A DNA stretch of 64,000 nucleotides from Eutreptiella sp. 'Long Island Sound 2002' (Eukaryota > Protista > Euglenida), in NCBI GenBank assembly GCA_964036045.1, contig OZ038378.1, positions 182,156,001 to 182,220,000 of the forward strand, written 5' to 3'. The translations under genes and the position numbers were made by a program. The stretch's first letter is position 1; every line of letters starts with the position of its first letter. Of the stretch, positions 1-12,700 are shown piece by piece. Below the pieces are notes generated by a model. That model ran no database searches and had not been told where the DNA came from. It saw nothing but the letters and a program-made list of their open reading frames with translations.

Positions 1-740
1 GAAGCGAGCTGACGTACATGCTCCACCGACCATTCTCCTTCGCCCTGCCTAGTTTTTGGATGCTCCCTTTCCCCGCTGGCGATGTGTAGGGTTCCATTCA
101 TGATTGATTCATGGGCGACACCTTAAGTTGTGGAGTGCAAGATGAGTTCTTTGGCCTTTTGGAAGCACCGAAACGAGAAATCACCGACTTTAGTTTGTCC
201 AACAACATCTTGTACATATCACCTGATGGAGGAACAAGGATAAAATCACTGAGCGGTTGGTCAGGTACGCTTTGCGTAGACACCTCCACATCATGGTTGA
301 GGTATCCCAAGTGCAGCAACAAATCGCCGAACTTGGATGTTGACTTTCTAAGTGTTTTTTTGTCTTGAATGCATTTGTGAGCAGTTTGTTGTCACCTAGT
401 AACCTAGTAACCTTGTAACCTGTAACCTAGTACCCCGTCGGTTGGATACAGCCCATGGTTGTTGATACTTGCACACGTCGCTCACGATTGCCGCTCGATT
501 TTACGATTTCAATAGGGCTATGTGGGTCATTGCTTACACAATTGTCGCCGTGTATATGGTTAGCATATCGTCCTTGATGTGCAAAAAAACCCCGCCAAGT
601 TCACGTGTTCCTTGGTTTTTTGATGCATGGGGGTTTCCCCCCGGCGAGCATTACACCAAAGCGGCCCAACCACGGGCAGCCGTTGTGTATGATAAGAAGG
701 ACTTAGGATGAATGAATGAACGCAAAGCAACAATCCAAAG

Positions 741-3700
741 CTAAATGGGGACGACCTCCCTCCCTTCTTCACAGCCGCGGACTTCGGCAAATATGAAGGA
801 AAGCAATACTCCGACATCTTTGGGGAGAGTGCAGAGGACCGGCTGAAGATGGTATTACCTCTTCCCCTGGGATAATTTGATACCATGGACAACGGTAGGC
901 TGGTAGTGTTGGGTCACGTGTTGCGGCCAAAGCGGAAGCTAGTGGAGAAGGTGGGACGGCAAGGTTGTATTGTTTGCCATTGCTAATGTGGCGAGCACCC
1001 TTGCGATTGCACGGCATCGTTGCTCGCCGTGGCGGCGTGTCCTTTTGCGGGGCGGGGCATCATGAAGTACGTTGGAGCACCTTGGAGCGCCTTACCCCGG
1101 AACGGAAGAGCGTGTCATGCAGTCGCGACATGTTTCACTTTCGGATGTGCGCCCTCCAACCGCCTCCATTTGCTACCGCTTGCTACTTCCTTCAACCGCT
1201 TTTCCACCTAAGTGTTACCCCAAGTGATGGGCTCTCCACTCGTACCCAAAACGCTGTGCATCGACCACCTTTCGTATGCACTGCTTTCTCTTAGGGGGGT
1301 GCTAGTGCGAAGGATTTGATCGATACCATTGAGATCAAGTACCAAGAAATGGTGTACCACCGGATCGATGTGGCAAAGACTGCTTTTCAATGGACGTATG
1401 TTGTTGCGCGCGACGGTTCACAAGGGGCTAGAGCTTATCTCCGCCGCCAATGTGTGCGTTGCAAGGGACATGCCTCGGCCCTATGGTAATCCCCCATAGC
1501 CCGTTCACGATCCACCCGTACGCATAGAGCATGGGCCATGGTGAATCACTGGGGTTATGCAGTTGCATCACGCGGGGTTGCATCTCGTCTCTCGTGTGCG
1601 GTCCGTTTATTAGCCCCCAAGAGCTCAACAACATCACCTCCATACTCAATCCTCTATTCGGGGCGGTGATCAAGGCGCTCGGCCTACAGAATTACCCTTT
1701 CGTCTTCATCAAGAGCTCAACCGTTGTCATCGGCGATATTCACGGCCGCTTTGACTTGTTGAAGTCCTTCGTCAATAACATCCTAACCATAGATGATGCA
1801 CGATATTCGGGTGTGTGATCCTCAGTCAGTTTGGGTGTGGGCGTGATCCAGCTCAAGATGAAGACAATGTTCAGCAACGCTTGTAGTGCAATGGGGCACA
1901 TGGCAAGACCGTAAGAGGACGAGGTAGAAGATATGAAGGCATGGTCTCAGCGTGGGTCTATGATGTGACTAAATGCGACTGGAGCTGTGGAAAGGACCGA
2001 CAAGTTAAGCACATGCACCGCCGAGGACAGCCAAGGGGAGAATGCAACGGCGCATGTGCTTGTGCCGTAGGCGGTGATCGAGCGACGCACAGTCGGTGTC
2101 AACGCCTGTCAGTGGCTCTGTGCCTGTAGGCGGATGGGGCCCAGAAATTGCGTTCGCACGTCTTCTTCCGTAGAACTCTCGTTTTCGCGCCGGTGTGAGG
2201 TTGGTGAACTATTTAATCACACGTCTAGCCCAGTGGACTTCGAGTGGCATTGATGCCGGGCACCGTTGCCATCGTGGCTGGCAGAGGCAAGTCAGTCATT
2301 GCCTCCAGGGCTGAGAGGTGTAGAGAATGTTGGACATCTCGTGCCTCCCATTCAACACTGCATTTTCTCTGTTTAGGCACCACGTTTCTGTTCTTGGGGG
2401 ATTATGTTGATGGTGGCCCGCATTCTGTGGAAGTGATCCTGTATTTGATGGCATTCAAGATCCTCATGCCGGGGCAGGTCTGCCCGGGACGGCACTGCAC
2501 AGGGATCCCGCTGTGTGTGCACGCTGGGAGTACGGGTGGGACCCCTCCAACCCCCCGCTCCGAAACTGATGGAGCAAAAGGTCTTCCAGCTCGTTTGACC
2601 ATGCGATCGGGGGCCAGGCCCCAGCCTTTGACCCCCAGCCCTCACCAGCCACAGTCATGTGTGCGTTCTAGCATACTGAACATGAACCCTCCAAGAAGTG
2701 AAGCGGAACCCAAGGGGAAAGTACCCAGGGGTTATCAGGGTCATCTTCATCTTCATCATTGCAGTCCTCTTTGTGGTCTCATTGGCATTCTCATTGGCAC
2801 GGCATGATCTATGTGGCTATGTTTGTCTTGTGTCCAGCCCTACACTGCAAGTGCCGTTCGTAAGGAGGAGGGTTCCCTCCAAAGCCCCCACCCCCCCGGT
2901 CCGTTTTGAAGTGTGTTTGGGTGTCGAGCAGTTGAGACCAGTGGGCCCGGGAGCGCAGCGGCCGCTGCAGAGAGTCGCAGGTGAGGAGAGGAGGCATTGC
3001 TTGGGCACAACGCAACCCGCAGTCGAATTGAAACCCCTCCGCAGACTGCTGGTAATACACAAAGACACCCATGAATTGTGTGTTTAGTGGTCGGAACAGG
3101 CACCATATTGGATGACCTCCACTTTGTGGCTGCAGGCTCCAGGGGTACCATCGTGCCCCTGCCACTGGCACCCCCCCGCGCAAAACTCCTTGGGCACAAC
3201 ACCCCAGACCACCTTCAGGGGGCGCGTCTCTGCCCAGAGGCCACCGTGGCGGGCACTTCGTGCGCTGTTGTTTTTGGCTGCAGTTGTGTAGGAGGATGGA
3301 GGCTTTGGATTTGGGGCGGCGGGGGGGGCTTGTTGCGCGCTACACTGTGCCATATCATTGACCACATCCCTGTCCCACACATCCCAACAAGACGTAGTAA
3401 TGAGGAGGTCCGGTACAGATGACAGGACAAGGTACCGGGGATTGAGTCGAAATGTCGCGGAGGTCCATAGAAAGGGCCGGTATGGACATCCATATCTCAT
3501 TGACTTATCCGTATGATGCATAGCTGGTACCGCAGGAGTACCTGGTTCGAATCTGTGAAACCCGCTTTGGATTTGCATTTTTGGGCGCAGGTATTTTTTT
3601 TATAGATTTTTTGAATAGCAAAAGATATTCATGCAAAAACACTTCAAAAACCCCGGAATTCGGACTGGGTACCCATCTTTTACGTAGTGTACCAGGTCTG

Positions 3701-6700
3701 CACCCCCACGCCCCCATCCCCGGCCTGTACTGCCACCCTCCCATGCTCATGTCCAGGAGTGGCTACCACATTTGTCCTCCGTGCGTGTCACGTGCAGACC
3801 ACTTTGCCCGGGCTGTTGTCCCGTACGGGTTCCCTTTGCATCCCACACCATCAGGCACACGGTGCGCCACAGAGCACACCTCCACACAAGATGCGCCACA
3901 GAGCATATTAGTAGAAGCTGATAGGGAGGCCGCTGGGAAGCGGAGGAGGGATGGTGGAACCCTTGGGCAACCGTGGCTTCCGTGGATTTGCGGGTAGAGA
4001 CGAACCTGCGGCAGGGCGCATGAGGAGGCACGCTGAGAGACGGGAAGGGCAGGACGACCAGGAGGCCGTGGGTTGCCAGTACCCACTTGGACTTGCCTCT
4101 GTGGCGTGTCCAGCACTTTCTGTGGGGGACTGCACAACGGTGCGAAACTAACATGTGTCATATTGTATGCGTGTTGCGTGTGAGCCATCAGGTCAGGGAG
4201 GGCCCACCGATGGAGCACGGCAGAGGTCAACAGCAGCGAGATTGAACCAGGTATGACGGCCCTAGCGATATGACGGAGGTCCATGGGACGCCATGTATCA
4301 AGGCAGAGACGCCGTGTCGTATCATGCAGAGGATGGGTGAGGCGGTCCGTTTGGGGCTCATTGTCGCGGGCTGCAGTCTTGCAGCGCTCGAAGGCGAGTT
4401 GGCAGCATGCAGCCAGGACCTCCTTGGACCCACGGCTACCATCGTGTGCCTGTACTCTGTCACGACCTGTGCACACTGCATCGCAGGTGTTTCTGCTGAG
4501 GGGCAATCATGAGCTGCGGGCCACGAATTCAAACGTCTCGAGATATGGCTCCGTATGTCTGCATTGCCTGTGGCACGAAGACTTGGGCACATGGGAACGC
4601 CGGAGGCCAAGTCTTTGGTGGGCGAGAGTGGGGTGTTCGTCTCCTGCAGGCATTTGTTGTGTGCCGGGTCCGCCAATGCCCCTCCACAGGGAGCCACCCT
4701 CCACCAACCCCTTGACCTAACCTCACCCCCCAACCTACCCCACCTTACCCGCCCCGTCAATGTTCATCCATCAGTGTCGCGTCGGAATCCTTATTGAAAG
4801 GACCAATCCAATCCACTTCTGATGGGCGCCTCTCATTTGGGTGCAGAAGGGCATGGCCAGTGACACAAAATACGTGCCATGAAGAGACCGGGGTCTGGGT
4901 CGACGCATAGCCACTGCGATAGGCCATCCAGGTTTTGCCCACGACGGTGCAAAGTAGCCCAAACTGACCCTTTTAGGGGCCTATGGGCACCACTAGGGGG
5001 GCCTAATTGGTGCTACATACCTCCGCTTAATTTTAGGCGTTTTTCCTTTGTCACCACATGATGCCCCTGGCCCAAGACCACCCAAAGGCTGCGGGAGGTC
5101 ACTAAAAAATGGCGATTCTTCGGCCAACCAATGTGACCCTGAAAATGGCCACCCCTGAAAGTGGCCCGAAAGTGCGCACCAGTGCGGCCACGCAGAGGGA
5201 TCGCTTGGGGCTACCCTGCGATAGTACCCGGAACTCCTGCCAGTGGGGGTACACATGGAAGAAAAAAGTTGAGTAGGACCTGGGTCTAGATTGACACAGA
5301 GTCGGTGCAAAAGGCCGACCAAGTTTTGCCTACCACAATGCAAAATGGCCCAAATCCTATGCCAATGGGGGCCAGTGTACGCCGCCAGGGGGATATGCAC
5401 TTCCACCAAATGATGACCCAGGCCTGGCCCCAGGCTGGGGTTGGTAGGGATCACCGGGGAAACTGGATTTTTCAGTCAACCCATGCTTTCTGTTTTCACT
5501 GTACACAGCAACCGGGCGTCTTCCCATCACAATAGCCGGCCCTACACAGGGCAAGAGGCTGCACAACATGTGTGTTTGCATCCTACCATGGGGTATATGA
5601 CCTCCAGGGGGGTACCACACAAAAGCAGCCAAAACCACTGTCATGACCAAAGTGCCTGAAAACTGCATATACTGCATTAGCGCTCATCCCATGGCGCCTC
5701 ACCAAGCCCCATGGATTTGGGACCCAGGAATGCTTTTTTGGCTCAATTTGAAGACATTCATGCGGTTTTCGACCTCCCAAAAAGGGGTGGAGCCTTTTTT
5801 TTTTTTGCCTTTTTCGACCCCCACCCACTGCTCCCCTGAAAAGTTGGTTCTCAGTGGGGTGGGGTGGGGTCTAGGGGGGCGCCAACCAAAGCCTCAATGG
5901 GGATATTTTTTTTGACAAAACAAGGATTTTACAAGGGATTAAACCGCACTTTAAGCCTTTGGTGTATGGTGCACAAATGGGCCCAAAAAAAGGCGTATGT
6001 GCCGTTTTTCCGTGTGTGTGGGCCTGGCTTTCATTCTACCACTCTGCATAATACACACATACATACATGCATACATAATGTGCACCCATTGTTCTTGTTG
6101 TTCTTGATTGCACGAAGATTGCCATTTGTAATTTTGACTCAGCCTCCTTTCAGGGTTGGTTGATGCTTGTATCCCCCACTGTAGGAAGGGGTGCAAAAAA
6201 TCTTGGGCACAGAAGTGTGTTTTTGGGAGGAGGGTGCATCACGGCTTGTGCATCGTTTTGCACCTCAGAGGCTGTCATTTTGTGGTTACGGAACTACAGT
6301 GTCCATTGCGTGTGTTTTGCAGAGATGTCTTCTCAGGCAATGCCAATCATTATTTGGTAAACAAGGTGTGTGTTACCCCAGGCAGGGCAGGGGATGACCG
6401 GGTAGCAATCCTGAGGGTGTGGGACGGATGTACGATGGGCAGGACGATGCGACAGGGACAACCCATTTTATCCCTATTAGCCCTCAGCAAAACGCCTTGA
6501 ATCCGGTCCATGGGGAATCCTCACGCTGGTCGTTGTCGCTCTTGAAATACTCGACCTTCAACAATGGGATTGGGAGGAGAAGGTAGGTGAAGGGAATGAT
6601 GGAATGGCCACTGCCTGTTCACCTCCCCCTCCATCCACCCAGCCCCACATCCAGCTGTCTGGTCAGGTCCAGGATATGGCCTCTGTGCCCACTTGGATAC

Positions 6701-9700
6701 GGGGTTGTGCACACGACAGCCCATGGGGCCCCGGGTTTTCGGGCTCGTATGCTACAGGGCACCTGCGGTTCGCTTTCCAAAACATGAGCGAAATGTCTCT
6801 AGGTTAGGTTAGTTCTTTGATTGGTCTATAGGTGGTCTACACACCACCGTAGGTCGACTAGAAGTGAGCTCTTGCATACAGAGGAACAGGTTTATGCATT
6901 CAGAGACTTGAAAATAACGTCATTTGTGTCACCCAAAGGGATGTTCAAGCAGTTATGGAGCATAGGGAGCAATGGCGCGCAAACCCATGCTCAACAATGG
7001 GCACATGTGGGAGTTTGCCATGCGCAGTAGAGTGGATTTTGGAGGCGCCTCCCACTGCCTGATTTCGTACTGGAACCTGCAAAACCCCTCGAGCATGAAA
7101 AGCTGAGGGTTTCACGCTGTTGGTGGGCATGCGGTGCGCGTCGAGGCAAGGAGGAGCACATTGTAGACCAGCGGCTGATCTTATCTTGCAACACAGTTCT
7201 GCCCCCTTCACGGTATTTGTGGGACGCTCCGCCCCCTTCCAAGTCCCCCACATCCGCCCACCCCAGACCACCAACGCTGGCCTCAGGTCATCGTCGAAAT
7301 TAAAGAGCATGTGCAGATATGCACATCAGAAACCCTTTGCCCGTCGTGTTCTGAGCTGTTTTACTATGCACTCCAACGTGTTGGAGTTACTGCGTTGCTA
7401 CATTACTAAGCACTCCAGTGCGTAGTAATTTACTACGCACTGGAATGCGTAGTAACATAGTAACGTAGTAATTTACTACGCACCGGAGTGCGTAGTAACA
7501 TAGTAACATAGTAATTTACCCGTGCACCACAGAAAGGCGGTGAATAGTCTGTAGACACTGTCTGCTACAAGTAGACGCGGTCTGCTAATTGTAGACACTG
7601 TGCGCATGTTGTAGACGCGAAGTGCCAATATCAGGGAAGGGGGTCGAAGGCCCCCTTTGAAACAACGGTCCTGCTCCAGCGTTTACCCGTGCACCACAAC
7701 AAGGCGGTGAATAGTCTGTAGACACTATCTGTTACTACGTTACTGCGCACTCCAGTGCGTAGTAACGTAGTGACACTCCAGTGCGTCGTAACGTAGTAAC
7801 GTAGCAAATTACTACGTCCAGGTGTGCGTAGTAACGTAGTAACGTAATAACTCCAACGTGTTGGAGTGCGTAGTAAAACAGCCCTCGTCGTGTTCGATCC
7901 CCTGGACCTGCGATGCAGTAGCCTCCTGCTGGTGTTTCAGCATTTTTGTGGGGACAGAAGAGGCTTGCGGCTTTACTGAATCTGCGGTGATGAAGAATCA
8001 TCTCCCCCCCCCCCCACCCACGTGTATGCTGTGGGTCACAGAGGAGGTTTGTGTGTGTTGGGCTGGGTGGGCGCACCAGATGGCCCGCAGGATTTGGGTG
8101 GGCCGCCATGCTCCCCGTCGAGGTCCCCATGCGCAGTCATCCTTCACATGTAAGACGTATGCCATTGTGCCATTTGCGCACAGCCTCCGTGATCCACGAG
8201 AACATCAACAAAGTCTTCGACTCGCTGCCTCTTGCGGCGTTCATCAAGGACCAGATTCTTTGCTGTCACGGAGGTCTGACAGTGTGCCGAGCCTTGCAAT
8301 GCATTGTGCCCAATTCCTTGGGCTAAAGAGACTCGGGCTGGAGGGTGCCAAACGGCCTCGCCTGAGGCCTGCCTCTGGGTAATTGCGGGGAGCCCACTGC
8401 CTTATGCGGCGGAGGGGTTCTCAGGGTCTGTTATCCGGGGGCTGGGGCTTGAGGGCGCCAAAAGGCTTTCCTTTCCGGCTGAGGGTTGCTGAAGGCGCTC
8501 TCTCTGGAGTGGTGCGGGCTGTCCTGTATGCCCCCCAGCAACAGCAATTTGCAAGGACTAAGCCAGCCGTAGGCCAGAGTCGTGGTCACCCGTGGCTGCA
8601 TTGCTAGACCATCATCTGGTGCTTCGCATGCATCTTTGCCAACAACCTGTGCTGAACATCTGATGCAGCCCATCACTTCTGCGCTGCGTGTTCTGCCATG
8701 TTGAGTGTGGACATGAACAATGGATTACTGCCGGGCAGGCGGGCTCCTGTAGCCACGCAACAGGGTCAAGGTCCATTTTGAGCAACCCGATGTATGTCGG
8801 GGACTAAAGCCCCACAAGCCCCTGTACTCCCCTGCAGGTCCCTACCCCTGTACTCTCCCACATCCCCCTACAACCACCTGTACCCCCCTCCCCCTTGTGC
8901 AAGCATGCCTTGTCTAAGCACAGGGACCTGTCTGCCTCTTGTTTTCCTGACCACAGCTTTTGTGGCCAGAAATGTACCGTGAACTGGGTGTGCGGATTGT
9001 AGAGGGAAAGTGGGGCTGGATCATGCTTGTGGCAAGTCTTTGCTATTACAACAACGACAACAGCAATAATATTACCACATGCTGCTTGACATTGCAACCG
9101 AATGCTGTTTATTTTGAATTGATTGATTAACTGGTCTGGATTGATTTGATTTGATCAACTATTGCCAGTGTTGCTATTCCTGGCATGGCTGTTGCATAGA
9201 TCTGGTCCACTGGTGAACCTGTGCCTGCCACTGTTATCGGCCCTCCTTCTAGGTTTCTGAAGCATGGCATGCAATTTCTGATGATGAGTTGCGCTCCACC
9301 ATGAGAAAATCCATTTCCCCCAAAAGCCAATTGAATGATCCTATTTACCTGAGGAACACCCTACAATTGTGCGTCCAAGCACAGCCTTGTCTAGACATGG
9401 GACCACGTCTGACCACCGTTTTCCTGTCTTTGCCCATGCTTTCGCCAGGGGGGGAGGGTTTACTCCACCACAGCCCTTACAAGCCTGGGTTGCAGGGCAT
9501 TGTCGGACGTTGTAGAGCGTTGTGGGGGAGTACAGGGGATTGTAGGGGCCATAGTGGGGGGACCATAGGGGAGTACAGTGGGGTGCAGGGGGCCGTACCC
9601 CTGAATGCTGAGGCCACTCGCTTGGTCACCTCCGGGCGCTCGTGGCGCCCCGATCATGATTCCTCAATGGATCTGTGGGGATTGGTCAAACACTGTGCCT

Positions 9701-12700
9701 TGATGTGGTCCCCTTTTCCCTCCATCCCTGCCGGCCTCCCCCCCATCGCTTGTGGCAGTCATCTTTGGCCCTGTCTTTGGGGATGTGCTACCCTGCTGCA
9801 CCTGCAGCCACCCTGCAGCATGCCTGCAGCGCATTGCTTCGGAATAAGTCAGCCAGTTGACTGGATGTCGCACGCTTGGCACATTGAGCCAGGGCCGTAG
9901 TGTCTCCTTTTTAGAGAACGATGGTGTCCGCAGATCAAAGTGCATCCCCCTCCCTTGGGTACCCTTTTTTTTTTGGACAAGTACCCCGGACGGCTATTGA
10001 ATAGCGGTTTTCCTTATTGTAAGTTTTGGTGTTTTGCGAGTGTGAGAGAATCATTTTGGCCTGTGGCACCTTTCATGTGCCCTCCGGCACACCTGCAGTG
10101 GGCTAAGGTACCCCCCTTTGCCCTAGCCCTGATTTTGGTTATAACCTCTGCCATGGCTTTGACCCCTTAGGCTCTGGTTGTGACTCTGGCCTCCATTGTG
10201 ACCCTACCCCTAGCTTTGGCTGTGCCTCTGGCCCTAGCTCTCTACTGTTCACCATGGGGAGAAGGGCCTTGCACAAGAGCCAATACAGGCTCCTTTATGG
10301 AACGGGCGTAGCGCACAACAGCGCCTTGAGGGAACATTTTAAGAGGTCTGAGGAGTGCAATGGGTCATAGCAAGGGAGGTGCACATGAGCTACGACAACG
10401 AGGTCTCACAGTTGCGCAGTTCTGTGTAATATGACACTGACACATTTATTGTAGGAATTAGCCAGTGACAGTTCCTCCCCCCCCCAAGGACAAGGGGGGC
10501 GGATGGATATGGGGGGAAGAGTACAAGGGGGTGGGGGGGGGGGTATATTTGCCTGGGGACAGTTTCACCAAGGATAACTTTGGTAGGGGAAACCTTTGCT
10601 ACGTTGAAAAAATTGCAAGCCTTGTGTCACTACACAGACATTGTTGAAGTCGAAATCCCACCAAGAACCCCACATGAAAAAGGAAGCATCAATGACAGCC
10701 ACATGCGCAGGTAGCTCCACAGGGCCCAACCCTCCAAAATTTCTGCGAGGGATAATTTCGCCGACTTTGGTAATGCAGTGCAGTTGCTTCAGGTCTGTTT
10801 CTTGTGTTTGAGATTTTTGGTCAGCATCCATTGTTTATGAAATGGCAACGTGCTATCTATAGGGATGATGCTGCAGAGTAGAATTGGTCCTTGAGTTGTG
10901 CAACATTTCATGCCATTCCATAGATGAAGGGATGCTGCATCCACATGTTGCTGCTGCTTTTCAATCTCTTTGTTATGCACATTTTTTGTGTTTGTTTCAG
11001 GCGTGTGGCACTCTGAGCTTTTGGGATCTGGCGAAATTTGTGCCACAAAAATTTCCCTTGGCGAAATTATCCCCCCCCCCCCCCCATATACCTTCCTGAG
11101 GTCCCCAGCAGGAGAAAGAATCAAAATAGCAACAAAATCGCTATCAATTGTCACTCTTTGACACTGTGGACATTTGGGCTTTTTTCCAAACCCACCCTCC
11201 TCCTTCAGGGGGTTTCACCAAAATGAGGACAGGGCCACAGCCTGGAACTAGGGAGAAGCCAGAGCTGGAGCCAGGCCAGGTAGAGGTAGAGTGATGGTGT
11301 ACAAACGTGGTGCCACTGGAGTTGTGCAATACCGCGCTTCCGTGAAACGCTTGACAGCCGTGCGAGCCACCTGTCCAACCCCACGTCGCACGGAGGCATC
11401 TGCACAACTGGCAGAGGTGTTGCCCCCCAAGTGTACACCAAGAATTTTTTTGCTCGTCTGATGCTTGTCATAGGTCCCAGGGTCCTGAATTCTGCAATTT
11501 TGCTTATTTGCATTGTGTGCATGGCACAGTTGGCATGTATGCATGTCAGTCTGTGTCCCAGATCCTTGGGCGACCTACAGCAAGCAAGTGACCAGCCATA
11601 AACTCTACAAAGTATGTGTCGGTAAGTGGTTGGTCGGGAGTGGTGTCCAACCGTCACTTGGCGACAGCCCCCCCTGGGCTGGGGGGGAACCATCGTCCCT
11701 GGGGGGCTGATGGACATGGGGGGGGGCAAGGCTTATGCAGCAGCTATTTTGGGTTTCTTTCCCCTCCATGCTGGGACCGAAGAAGGCAGGGGTCATGTAG
11801 CCATCCGCCCCCCCACCCCATTTTGAATCCCAAGGCAGCAAGGACCATTTTCCCCCTTCCTTGCACCCGGGACCCCAAGATGGCAGGGATATGTAGCCAT
11901 AGGTATTCCCTCTCGCTGTTGGGACCCAGAAAGGCAGGGGCGATTTAGCCATTCTGACTTTAAAGATTGAAGTGCGCCTGCAACGCCATCATGGACAGGT
12001 GACCCCTGCCATTTTGGTTGGAGTGGCTGTTGCGTCAATTTCTTGATTGATAGGGGGGGTCCCAAGTGCAGCCACCCCGCACCGAAACGTAGCCCCCCCC
12101 CCCTCCCCGCCCCAGTGCAGCAACCTCCACCACAGTGCACTGAACCATCCTCCCATGCAGTAGTACAGGGGGATCGCGAGTTGTCGGGGGGTGGTTAAGG
12201 GCGAGAGAAGGCTGTAGGTGGTTGTAGTCTCTCCATTTCGTCTGCCCACCGTGCTGCACCTGCCCACGGTATGTGTTGGCGGTGCCTCATGATGCAGGGG
12301 TTCCAAGAGGCGAGAAGGACGACTCGGCCCGGCGATTGGTAGTGGACGCTACGTGGCACGCGGCGGCGTTTGTGGCGGTGGGCTCCGACGATCACCGCCA
12401 AGAAGTCTTCACGGACCTGGTGTTGGGTGATACCCCTCCAGAGGAGAAGGACAAGATGAGAGCAAAGTCTGGCCCCTACCCTCCCCTATCAGTACCTTCA
12501 TTCCCGACTAGACTTATTCAGATACCCTTTTACTCGCAATCCTCCGACTCCCTCCCAATCTTTCCCCGTCTCTTCCCTCTCTCTTCCTGCCACTTCCTCC
12601 CATGCCAATGCTCCCTGCCACCATCCTCCCACCCCTATTCAAGCATTCCGACGCGTCTATTTATTCCCAACCTTTTCTGCAACCATCGCCACTCTCCACC

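Noticed and set aside
111-560. Possible further 5' exons of the phosphatase gene (donors at 265 and about 560)
   Set aside because: A phase-consistent path needs a weak acceptor near 231 and has no homology support, so it is not annotated.
3535-3560. GGTTCGAATC B-box suggesting a tRNA
   Set aside because: No cloverleaf or matching acceptor stem can be formed.
6357-6381. 25-nt GT-AG mini-intron after phosphatase exon 6
   Set aside because: The following 20-nt exon would end in phase 0, which is incompatible with the phase-1 exon at 8184.
7380-7875. Repeat-spacer-like GTAGTAA/TTACTAC array that could suggest CRISPR
   Set aside because: There are no unique spacers of regular length and no cas genes; it is explained by MITE TIR substructure.
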